Part shown: positions 28,115 to 36,409 of the stretch, piece by piece
Numbering within the stretch: position 1 is the first letter of the stretch
Layout: every line of letters begins with the position of its first letter
Source: a virus
Lineage: Duplodnaviria > Caudoviricetes
DNA: 61,778 bases
Virus record (IMG/VR): IMGVR_UViG_3300025141_010303
Location: 1 to 61,778 of that record
Strand: one strand, 5' to 3'
Made by a program: the position numbers and the translations under genes
Notes under the pieces: generated by a model
What the model saw: the letters and a program-made list of their open reading frames with translations, nothing else
Told to the model about the DNA's origin: nothing
Database searches by the model: none

Positions 28115-29290
28115 TCATGCTGCGTTATCTATTTCATTTTCATTGAATAATTCATCATCTGATCCATCATCACAAAACTTTTGGACCAACTGTTTCACGA
28201 ATGTTCTTTCAGAGTCAGCACCACCTGCGTCATCATACTGTGGATAGATACTTACTTCGGATGCTTCTTCTAATGAGAAGCCATCATATAGTAATCCTGA
28301 TAGTTCTACTGTAGTTCTAGTACTAATACCGAAAGGTAGTTTAGCAGTTTCTCTTTTTGCATCTACTCTTGTTAGATGAGCAAGTTTTGCTACATTTTCA
28401 AGAGTTGTAGTATTTACATTAGGGAACATATATGTAAGTAATTCTTTTTCTTCTATATCATCTAACATATCCATTTCTACAATAGTGAACCTGTCCATAA
28501 GAGCCTTATCCAACTGTCTTGTTGATGTATACTCATTACCTATATTAGCAGTTGCAATGAACGTAACATTTTCTGCAACTTTAATAGTATTCTGACCATC
28601 TTTTTCATCCAACCTTAAATACCTTTGACCATAATCTAATACTGTCATTAAAATATTCCATGCATCTGGATGAGCTCTACTTAATTCATCTAATAGTATA
28701 ACTGCATTTGGTGTTGATACTGCTTTAACAAATAATGACTCTGAAAAATAAGTACCTTTACCTTCTTCAAAATGAGTATTACCAATTAGTGTTCCACGAG
28801 GATCTTGTGTAGCTCCCAAATTGAAATAAAAGTCAGGCCTATCTAAACAGTTAACTAACGCTTTAGCCGCCATTGTTTTTCCACATCCAGCAGGACCAGT
28901 CATCATTATATTCTTACCTCTGACAGCACTCCTAATGAGATATTTCCATTTTAATTCTTTCATCATTAGACCACGTGGTTTTAATTTATAACTACTATGT
29001 ATAAAATCTAACACTTCATTATGATCAGTTGGTACATCTACCATCGGTGTTAGTTCATCTACAGTAGCAGATAAAACTTCAACAGATTCTTTAGGAACAG
29101 ATCTCCATTGATACTTGCCTGTTTTTGTAGTAAATCTTCCTAAATAACAACCCTTATTATATGCATTCTTACGAGTGCCTGTAGATATATAAGAAGTCCA
29201 TTTCTTCCCATCACTATCCCAAGCATTAAATCTATTACCTGATTTAACCACTTCACATATAACATCTGGTTTATTTATTGTTTTTGACAT
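28115..29290 (-). CDS. MoxR/CbbQ/CobS-like AAA+ ATPase
   Basis: GPAGCGKT Walker A, ILLDELSR Walker B, IATAN, LDKALMDRF, ISTR. Confidence 0.88.
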   Translation of the reverse strand: MSKTINKPDVICEVVKSGNRFNAWDSDGKKWTSYISTGTRKNAYNKGCYLGRFTTKTGKYQWRSVPKESVEVLSATVDELTPMVDVPTDHNEVLDFIHSSYKLKPRGLMMKELKWKYLIRSAVRGKNIMMTGPAGCGKTMAAKALVNCLDRPDFYFNLGATQDPRGTLIGNTHFEEGKGTYFSESLFVKAVSTPNAVILLDELSRAHPDAWNILMTVLDYGQRYLRLDEKDGQNTIKVAENVTFIATANIGNEYTSTRQLDKALMDRFTIVEMDMLDDIEEKELLTYMFPNVNTTTLENVAKLAHLTRVDAKRETAKLPFGISTRTTVELSGLLYDGFSLEEASEVSIYPQYDDAGGADSERTFVKQLVQKFCDDGSDDELFNENEIDNAA

Positions 29291-29330
29291 ATTTCTGAAT
29301 TTCCTTTTTTTATCATTTAACTTACACTGT

Positions 29331-29360
29331 AATATACAACATTTTTATAATACGAGTCAA
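29331..29360 (-). promoter_or_regulatory. Early promoter TTGACT-N18-TATATT
   Basis: Conserved copy. Confidence 0.85.
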
Positions 29361-29392
29361 GTCTTTTTTTCACTTTTTTAAATAAAAATAAA

Positions 29393-29460
29393 GTGGCCGG
29401 CAGAAAAGGAGTTAAACTACCGGCCCACCAGATGAAGGTAGAAAGGAATAAAAACCTTCA
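29393..29460 (-). ncRNA. Two hairpins with UCCUUU (anti-SD-like) loops; the last doubles as a terminator
   Basis: UGAAGGU-UUUUAUUCCUUUCU-ACCUUCA and GUGGGCCGGUAG-UUUAACUCCUUUU-CUGCCGGCCAC followed by a U-rich tail. Confidence 0.5.
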
Positions 29461-29471
29461 ACTGTTAATAG

Positions 29472-29543
29472 TAGCCCGTAGGAGAATCGAACTCCTGTTG
29501 CAGAGATGAAAACCCTGAGTCCTAACCACTAGACGAACAGGCT
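29472..29543 (-). tRNA. tRNA-Glu(TTC)
   Basis: AGCCTGT/ACGGGCT acceptor, TAGTGGTTAGGAC, CAGGG-TTTTCAT-CTCTG, GTTCGATTC. Confidence 0.9.
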
Positions 29544-29624
29544 TACTATAGGGGTAAGGTTTTCTTTATAAGCAATCTAATGCTCACCTTATCATTACAA
29601 CTATCGTATAGAAACCTATAATAG

Positions 29625-29799
29625 TGGAGAGGGAAACTGAATGCCTCTATAACCCTTATAAATAACCTTTGTCATCCAATCGTTTCCGCCGCCATATGAT
29701 ATTATCGCCGTTAGCTTCCCACTTGTAATGACATATTAACCTTTAATAGATTTCATACCGGTTATCGATCTGGAAAGGCCTTATATCAGTTTCACCTCT
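29625..29799 (-). ncRNA. 6S RNA-like rod with central bubble
   Basis: 13-bp closing stem with one bulge, GCCUUU/AGAGGC, AUAACC/GGUUAU, central bubble, UGUCAUU/GAUGACA; 175 nt. Confidence 0.55.
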
Positions 29800-29807
29800 G
29801 ATCTGTG

Positions 29808-29879
29808 AGCGGTGTTATGGAACTGCCCCACACTCTGCGAATTGGAAATCCGCCGTATCTCTCTTGATACCTACACCGC
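29808..29879 (-). tRNA. Non-canonical tRNA-Gly(TCC)
   Basis: GCGGTGT/ACACCGC-U73, GTATC/GATAC D arm, GCGGA-TTTCCAA-TTCGC, T arm TGTGG-GGCAGTT-CCATA (no TTC). Confidence 0.7.
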
Positions 29880-29895
29880 AAATCTTAACTTATGC

Positions 29896-29925
29896 AATAT
29901 ACAACTATTTTATAACATGAGTCAA
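29896..29925 (-). promoter_or_regulatory. Early promoter driving the RNA operon (tRNA-Gly, 6S-like RNA, tRNA-Glu)
   Basis: TTGACT-N18-TATATT ending 16 nt upstream of the tRNA-Gly 5' end. Confidence 0.85.
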
Positions 29926-30068
29926 GTACTTTCTTTAAAAATCGTGAATATTATTCTTAAAATTAGTGATAAACCACTTGATCAATATGTATATCGTCAC
30001 TGGTATAGCACATATAAAGAATATTATTAACCATATATTAATTAATATCATTACTACATCCCACATAT

Positions 30069-30308
30069 CTATGCAAAACCCACTAACATATTATCATCCA
30101 GTTGCATATCTTTAAATATTTTAAACATCGGATCAAAATCATCTATATCAGCCATCTCAAATTCATGCTCACCACCATCCTCATCTGATACAAGTATAGG
30201 AAATGTATCCTCTTCTATAGGACCTATTTCATCAAGTACGTACCAATTACTACCTATTCTGACAGATATATCGTTGTTTTCTAATATGTAATTTATATTC
30301 TTAATCAT
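30069..30308 (-). CDS. Hypothetical acidic protein
   Basis: AAGGAAG RBS; 79 aa. Confidence 0.6.
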   Translation of the reverse strand: MIKNINYILENNDISVRIGSNWYVLDEIGPIEEDTFPILVSDEDGGEHEFEMADIDDFDPMFKIFKDMQLDDNMLVGFA

Positions 30309-30395
30309 ATCTTCCTTATTTTTTTAACTTATTTAACACTTTAACCTAATAATTTAATGTCACTCACCGAAGTGATACTAATAATTTTAGTTATT

Positions 30396-30700
30396 CTCCT
30401 ATTTCTTTCTTATTCTCTTTATTAACTGCCATAATATATAACCCCCTCTTCTAAATATCTGTCAATTTATTAATTACGCTCTGTAGATCACCGATAGCAT
30501 CATCCAGATAAGATTCAGTATTGTTAATCGAATCCCTAGACGATTCGTTGGTATTATAATCAGGCATATTCTCCCTAGCAGAAGTCGCCTCAGAATACGC
30601 CATCTCAGTACTATCTAATACTTGTTCTAACATTTGTATCAATGTCATTTTATTTAACTCCTATTTCTTTCTTATTCTCTTTATTAACTGCCATAATATA
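30396..30700. repeat. Identical 43-bp direct repeat (30396-30438, 30658-30700) of the -10/leader/RBS
   Basis: ctcctatttctttcttattctctttattaactgccataatata twice, flanking the 65-aa ORF. Confidence 0.92.
30451..30648 (-). CDS. Hypothetical early protein
   Basis: AGGAG RBS behind a promoter. Confidence 0.65.
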   Translation of the reverse strand: MTLIQMLEQVLDSTEMAYSEATSARENMPDYNTNESSRDSINNTESYLDDAIGDLQSVINKLTDI

Positions 30701-30724
30701 CAACTATTTTATAACATAAGTCAA
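30695..30724 (-). promoter_or_regulatory. Early promoter TTGACT-N18-TATATT
   Basis: Conserved copy. Confidence 0.85.
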
Positions 30725-30766
30725 GCTTTTTCTTTAATAATTGTAAGTTTTTTTGTCAGTATGAGC

Positions 30767-30846
30767 TTATTAACATAGTTATCAACACAAATTATGTTAA
30801 ATATCAAACTTTTTATGGTATTATATGTGGATAACCATGTGGATAA
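30767..30846. promoter_or_regulatory. DnaA-box cluster (candidate origin or DnaA-titration site)
   Basis: TGTGGATAA x2 (30826, 30838) are perfect TTATCCACA on the minus strand; opposite-orientation TTATCAACA (30779) and TTATTAACA (30767). Confidence 0.65.
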
Positions 30847-31034
30847 CTTATTTACTCCCAGCTTAAAAAAATAAATTTTTTGTGTGTGTTCACATTATAT
30901 TGCTCTCACTCCCTCATATTATATCTTCAGTACATTTCATATTCTTTACATATTCATTTTAAGTTATTTTCACCATTTTAACCCACACTAACCCACATTC
31001 ATTGTTTCATTACATTAATATCAACTGACATATA

Positions 31035-31340
31035 TCAAATCACAGTTTTATTAACTTTGTCATAATAATGTATGTTTTCATCATTGTCCATATATTCTAA
31101 TAACATGCCTTTAGTTGAACTTAACCATCCTAATATTATAATAGAATCATCACCTTTAATAGTGTGAATACCTTTAGTGGCATTAGGTATATAAATTTTA
31201 GTATGATGAGTAGGACATAAAAGTATTGTATTAGATTTTCTATCAGATCCACCATTTTCTACAGGTATAATATGATGTTTATGTATTTGGCTTCTGTGAT
31301 GAGTTTCATAGTTACAATATGGGAATTCACATTTTGGCAT
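31035..31340 (-). CDS. HNH endonuclease
   Basis: CEFPYC...HHIIP...GG....N...LCPTHH. Confidence 0.8.
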   Translation of the reverse strand: MPKCEFPYCNYETHHRSQIHKHHIIPVENGGSDRKSNTILLCPTHHTKIYIPNATKGIHTIKGDDSIIILGWLSSTKGMLLEYMDNDENIHYYDKVNKTVI

Positions 31341-31414
31341 AATAACTTTTCAATTTTCTTATTAATCTATAAAGCCATCCCCATCTTTTAGTATGTATAT
31401 TACAGGGTTTTTCT

Positions 31415-32047
31415 TTACTTTTTTTTGCTATTTTCATCATCGACACACTTATCACAATATTGTGCTTCCATATTACTTTCATCTTTTATAGCTGATATCT
31501 CTTCATCAGAAAATCTAAATCCTTCCTTTAAGACGGCTTTACACTCACTACAGAGTAATGCCCCATACTTTATCTTATAAGTTTCGTTTATGACATTGTC
31601 ATATCTGAATAGTGCTTTATCATGTTTATTCATCAAATTTTTTCTTCGATGCATCCAGTATGAGCTCATACTGTCAATATTTGAGATACCGCTAATTCCT
31701 GTATTTCTTTTTAAATTTATTGCTATTGCTGTGTCACATTTTCTATGTGGTTTTAGGTCATTTATCAAAACTCGTGTGCCACCACCAATGCCCATTATAA
31801 GTTTATCATAAATGATGCCTGCTTCTCTTAACTGTCTTTCTGTAGATTTTCTCATACTTTCTTTTCTGCCAGTAGTTAGAATAATCATATGACCAGCTTT
31901 ATCCCAATTCCATAATTGTTTTAATGTGCCTGGTAGTGGTTTCATAATTTTATTATCAAAATCATAACCGCTCATTTCTTCTGTATAAGGATACTTACAT
32001 AATGTACCATCGATATCACAAAATATTGTTTTTGGTTTATTCATCAA
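31415..32047 (-). CDS. HAD-family phosphatase
   Basis: IFCDIDGTL, LTTGR, LIND. Confidence 0.75.
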   Translation of the reverse strand: MMNKPKTIFCDIDGTLCKYPYTEEMSGYDFDNKIMKPLPGTLKQLWNWDKAGHMIILTTGRKESMRKSTERQLREAGIIYDKLIMGIGGGTRVLINDLKPHRKCDTAIAINLKRNTGISGISNIDSMSSYWMHRRKNLMNKHDKALFRYDNVINETYKIKYGALLCSECKAVLKEGFRFSDEEISAIKDESNMEAQYCDKCVDDENSKKK

Positions 32048-32178
32048 ATCTTTTTTCCAATGATTTTACAAGTAGAGATAGACATATAGCAACTGTACAA
32101 TCTTCAAGTGGTGTTGCTGTGTCATATATGTAATTCCAACTGATAATCAATGTCAACCATAATCCAAATATAATATGT

Positions 32179-32478
32179 TTATTCATCATCATCTTCTTCA
32201 CAATTGTGAAGTTGTTCTAGATTATTCATCATATTTAGTATTTTATGTTTATTTTTTGTTGATAACATAGCAAAACTGAGATAGAATCCTTTACCTATAC
32301 CAAGTAAATTAATAAATATACTTGTTATGATAATTAGTGTTAGAGATGTCATTAATTGGTTATGTGTCAAATTCTGACATAAGATAATAAATAATGTTGT
32401 ATAACACACACCTATTATCATTTTCATATTAAATGGTTCTGTAAACCATTCACCTACATTTTGTATTGTTTTTGACAT
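32179..32478 (-). CDS. Hypothetical membrane protein
   Basis: Two hydrophobic segments. Confidence 0.5.
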   Translation of the reverse strand: MSKTIQNVGEWFTEPFNMKMIIGVCYTTLFIILCQNLTHNQLMTSLTLIIITSIFINLLGIGKGFYLSFAMLSTKNKHKILNMMNNLEQLHNCEEDDDE

Positions 32479-32501
32479 TATTTACCTTTATTGTAGCAGA
32501 T

Positions 32502-32888
32502 TTATTTTAATTCATTCAACAATGCTTTTTTAGCATCATCATATTCTTTTTTGGTGATTATACCTTCTTGATATAGTACATACAATTGTTCAATATCTTC
32601 CATAATCTGTTCATTGGATTTCTTATTAAACTTTTTGTTATGTAGTGAATTGAGGTATATTTGTCTTAATAATATTTGATTGCCATATGTGTTGTGAGAA
32701 CAATATCGTTTTGAACAACAATAGCCAATACCTCTCATGTAAGAGATGTGATGGTTCAAGTGAACTCTATTCAAGTTACACAACGCATCATTTACATTGA
32801 CATGTACATTCCACCGAATTCCACCGAATGACATTGATGTTAAAAATATTAGAAGAGTTAAAGTTAGCATTAGTTTTTTTATCATCAT
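32502..32888 (-). CDS. Secreted protein with C-terminal SHOCT domain
   Basis: Signal peptide; IEQLYVLYQEGIITKKEYDDAKKALL. Confidence 0.7.
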   Translation of the reverse strand: MMIKKLMLTLTLLIFLTSMSFGGIRWNVHVNVNDALCNLNRVHLNHHISYMRGIGYCCSKRYCSHNTYGNQILLRQIYLNSLHNKKFNKKSNEQIMEDIEQLYVLYQEGIITKKEYDDAKKALLNELK

Positions 32889-33154
32889 ATTATATTCCTT
32901 ATTTTTAATCCCATTTATTTGTTATTACACCGTGCATAACTGATGCAATAAATATCACTGATATTATAAATATTAGTGCATTCATCACCAAATCTGGTTC
33001 TATATATGGCATCATTCCGTCCAAGTGTCTTCCACCGATTCATGGGTTAGGTCTTCATCATCATCTATATTTAATTTATTATTATTGTATGTTTTGATTA
33101 GTATTCCTATTGTTATACCTAACAAGAAGGCTATTGTTATATAAATTGTTATCA

Positions 33155-33481
33155 TCATTTATCCTTTAAATATTCATTTAAGAGTTCTGGTTTTTCAAGT
33201 GCTTCAAATTGATATTTTTTATGAAACTTATAGTGGCATTTTTTACACATTACGACTCCGTTATCTCTATCATATCTATCTTGTGGAAATTTATCCCACG
33301 ATTTGATATGATGGGCGTGTAGTATTCGTGTTGTTTTTCTTTTAAGTTTACATTTCATACATGTGTAGTGTTTGTTTAAACCATGTTTACCTTTATTAAG
33401 TTCGAACACATTTTTACGCCAAGTCTTATATTTGAGTTCGGATTTTGATGTTGTATATCTTGGTTTAGTTTTATATTTCAT
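33155..33481 (-). CDS. HNH endonuclease
   Basis: WRKNVFE...CMKC...LHAHHI...NGVVMCKKCH..FH. Confidence 0.85.
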   Translation of the reverse strand: MKYKTKPRYTTSKSELKYKTWRKNVFELNKGKHGLNKHYTCMKCKLKRKTTRILHAHHIKSWDKFPQDRYDRDNGVVMCKKCHYKFHKKYQFEALEKPELLNEYLKDK

Positions 33482-33777
33482 TTGATTTGTTTTTTATCTA
33501 TGATATTGGCAAGATATTTAACAAAGTATCCACATTCGTCACACCATATTGGTTTTACTTTATGGTTTGGATATTTAATTTCGTGGTCATCGCAATATTC
33601 TTTGGTCCATACTATGTGTTTTTTATTATTTTTATTAAGTTTATATTTTTTAGTATGTTTAGAGTTAAGATTTAGTCCACATTTTTTACATATTTTAGGT
33701 TTTGGTGATTTTTTTGATTTGTATTTGGGATTATCAACATCTTTGGTATCTTGATTCATATATATTCCTTTCTTCAA
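33478..33777 (-). CDS. Hypothetical Zn-binding protein
   Basis: CKKC...CDECG. Confidence 0.5.
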   Translation of the reverse strand: MKKGIYMNQDTKDVDNPKYKSKKSPKPKICKKCGLNLNSKHTKKYKLNKNNKKHIVWTKEYCDDHEIKYPNHKVKPIWCDECGYFVKYLANIIDKKQIK

Positions 33778-33830
33778 AATTTTTCCTTACTACTTTTTTA
33801 TTATGTATATGAAGTCACTAAAAAATGTAT

Positions 33831-34061
33831 CTAGTTCAAATTTATTGTTAAATTTCTAACTTTGCCACCGAATTCCATGTCATTAGGTGTATCATTCATT
33901 TCTTGTTCTAACTCACATCCAAGATGATTTGTGCCTGAACCTATATAATCACAATCAACATCATATGTATTTTTTCCACATATGGAACATACCCAAGTTT
34001 CTCTTGCATCAACTTCCCCAATATAATCCTCACCACCAAATAAATTTAATTGATATGCCAT
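33831..34061 (-). CDS. Hypothetical protein
   Basis: GAGG RBS; CSIC motif. Confidence 0.55.
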   Translation of the reverse strand: MAYQLNLFGGEDYIGEVDARETWVCSICGKNTYDVDCDYIGSGTNHLGCELEQEMNDTPNDMEFGGKVRNLTINLN

Positions 34062-34094
34062 TTATAATTCCTCTTTATTTTTATTAATTTTATC

Positions 34095-34322
34095 TCATTC
34101 ATGGATATATTCATGTTCTTGAAAATTAACAATAGCTTCATGTAGATATTTTGCTCTTTCTGTATCTACCAATTCGATACCTACCACTTGTTTATTTACT
34201 TCATCATAATCCACAAAAAGTCCTTCATCAATTTCTATTGATTTAATTTTTTGTTCTTCTTCTAACTCTTGATGTTGGAATGATATATAAAGTAATCCGT
34301 TTATCTTATCATATGTTATCAT
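34095..34322 (-). CDS. DUF2283-family protein
   Basis: ITYD....LYISF...EIDEG..VDYD....VVGIEL. Confidence 0.7.
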   Translation of the reverse strand: MITYDKINGLLYISFQHQELEEEQKIKSIEIDEGLFVDYDEVNKQVVGIELVDTERAKYLHEAIVNFQEHEYIHE

Positions 34323-34367
34323 TTGATACCTATTTAATTTTATGGCCTCCGTACAAAGTCATTTCTG

Positions 34368-34643
34368 TGGTCGAATACGAAAGCCGATCTGTCTTTTAAT
34401 AGTTTAAGTGCTGATTGACCAATTTAAATTCTGTTGATAGTTTCATGATAATCCCATCGTATGATTTCATCTAATTATTTCTAAACCCACCGAAATCGTA
34501 ATGGTTTGATTATCACTCCACTATCCCTGTTGTCTTTTATTCAGTTTAAGTTTGGGTGCTGAATTTGGGTTAATGTAACTGTTAGTCGGCTCCAGACATT
34601 TTGTTAAAAACGAGCAGTGATGTCTTAACATCCTAACCGACTA
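34368..34643 (-). ncRNA. Array of small structured RNAs downstream of the DUF2828 gene (two share AAU(U)CAGCAC..CUUAAACU..UAAAAGACA)
   Basis: Elements 34368-34421 and 34484-34571 have bulged closing helices; a third hairpin lies at 34583-34643. Confidence 0.5.
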
Positions 34644-34715
34644 CCATTTCTTTATTTCAAAAATCATTCATATATAAATATATATAAAAATCTCAAAACA
34701 ATGGTTTTTTTTAAT

Positions 34716-36137
34716 TTATTGCCAACCATATTCCGTCATTTCTGGTTGATAATCATCTTTTACAATATCTAACTTATCATTCAAATTAGTATAATCTAAC
34801 TCTATTGGTTCTAATGCCCTTGTCATGATACCAAGTGGAGTAAAGTCATCACAATCTAATACTGCTTTCATAATAGATGGATTGAAACCACTTACCATAC
34901 CTACACCTGGATCCGATGGTAATGCAGGTGAACCATGATGACTTCCTTCTAAATTCCAAAATACTAACTTTGGCATTGTGTAACCTCGTTCTTCAAATAA
35001 TCTTTTAATATTATCTAAATGAGGTTTTTTTGAATGACCAAAAGAACTGTTATAACTTTCATCAAATTGCATATCTGATAATACTAATAGCATTGTTGGC
35101 ATATCTTCATCTTTAACATCAAACTTTTCAGCTAAATCAAGTATCAGACGATAAGCCTTTTCAAAATTAGTATTCATTCCCCAATCATCACTCAACATTT
35201 TTTGACGGATCTCTAACAATGTTCCTTGTGGAATATGACCTAACTTTGGATTTTCAGAGAATGTTAAATATCTACTATTAAACTTACCTTTATTATTTAT
35301 TGATAGATACAAACCTAATGATATAGCTACTTCCACAGGTAAACCAATCATACTGCCACTTACATCAATCATTGGTAAAATATTCTCACCTTCTTTGATT
35401 AAGTCTGGTAAGTTATCCCATAGTTTCTGTGCCAGTTTCTCATCTTTAACTGCTATTGCCATAACTTCATGTGGATATGATGCTGATACTGATGCTTTAC
35501 TATTCTTATCATTCTTCCATTCATCGAATCTATCATTATCACGATTTGTAAATGTCTTACCATATCTTCTCATAGCAGTACCTGGAACTGAAGAATAATC
35601 TATGTCTTCCCATTCGTGATTAGACATTTGTTGTTCAACTGTTTCAGAATATATCTTTAACCATTTACGATAATTTCTATTAGTAAACATTAACTCATCG
35701 CGAAGCAGTTTAGCACACACACCTTTTCTCGGTGCCCATTTACAGGCTAATCTATCTTTACTTTTAACACTTTGGGCGAAAGCTGAGACAACACCTGGAA
35801 TGTGAAAGTATCTAACTAAGTCCTTATAATAACCTAATTCGGCCAAGGTCTTCGCATTGTCTGATACGAATGTTGGTGAACACTTTGCTATTTCATCTAA
35901 TATAAGGTAGAAAGTATTCCGTTCACCAGAACCTTCTCTAGCCGCTCTCGCCCAATATGAAATCCTTGTAGCTAACTCTGGATTTTCATTAAATGCCTCT
36001 TCAAACAACTCAACAATTCTATTTCGTGCTGCTCCTCTTAAACCACCAATCTTTGAAAATAGGTCTAAACATTTATCTACATCATCATAACATAGAGCGT
36101 TGTTTGCTGTTCTCATATATTCTGTGTTTTTATTCAT
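34716..36137 (-). CDS. DUF2828-type TROVE/Ro60-like helical + vWA protein
   Basis: LDLFS, WARAAREGSGER, GYYKDL, KWAPR, IDYSSVP, MIDVSGSM, WGMNTNF, LSDMQFD, VFWNL, VSGFNP. Confidence 0.8.
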   Translation of the reverse strand: MNKNTEYMRTANNALCYDDVDKCLDLFSKIGGLRGAARNRIVELFEEAFNENPELATRISYWARAAREGSGERNTFYLILDEIAKCSPTFVSDNAKTLAELGYYKDLVRYFHIPGVVSAFAQSVKSKDRLACKWAPRKGVCAKLLRDELMFTNRNYRKWLKIYSETVEQQMSNHEWEDIDYSSVPGTAMRRYGKTFTNRDNDRFDEWKNDKNSKASVSASYPHEVMAIAVKDEKLAQKLWDNLPDLIKEGENILPMIDVSGSMIGLPVEVAISLGLYLSINNKGKFNSRYLTFSENPKLGHIPQGTLLEIRQKMLSDDWGMNTNFEKAYRLILDLAEKFDVKDEDMPTMLLVLSDMQFDESYNSSFGHSKKPHLDNIKRLFEERGYTMPKLVFWNLEGSHHGSPALPSDPGVGMVSGFNPSIMKAVLDCDDFTPLGIMTRALEPIELDYTNLNDKLDIVKDDYQPEMTEYGWQ

Positions 36138-36143
36138 AGTTTA

Positions 36144-36173
36144 AATATACAACCTTTTTATTATATAAGTCAA
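36144..36173 (-). promoter_or_regulatory. Early promoter; ATG only 6 nt downstream (leaderless)
   Basis: TTGACT-N18-TATATT-TAAACT-ATG. Confidence 0.85.
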
Positions 36174-36186
36174 GTGTTTTTTTAAT

Positions 36187-36399
36187 TTAATCCATATCTG
36201 CTAAACTACTGAAATCAACCTCTTCAAATGATTCATAATAATCATCATCTTCAGGCATATAACTGAAAGCATCATTTCCTTTGATATCACGAGATAAATC
36301 CGTTATTGCTTCAATTACTACATTTTTACTGATATCTGAATCATTAGATGCTTGTTCTACTATATTATCAAGTTCATCTACTATTTGTTGTATGTTCAT
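36187..36399 (-). CDS. Hypothetical acidic protein
   Basis: AAGG RBS; 70 aa. Confidence 0.55.
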   Translation of the reverse strand: MNIQQIVDELDNIVEQASNDSDISKNVVIEAITDLSRDIKGNDAFSYMPEDDDYYESFEEVDFSSLADMD

Positions 36400-36409
36400 T
36401 ACTTTTCCT

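Noticed and set aside
29545-29799. RNase P RNA or group I intron as explanation of the long non-coding stretch
   Set aside because: No GAGGAAAGUCC / P4 signature or P7 core visible, and too short; a 6S-like rod fits better
29812-30030. 72-aa plus-strand ORF
   Set aside because: Antisense to the tRNA-Gly-like gene and its promoter
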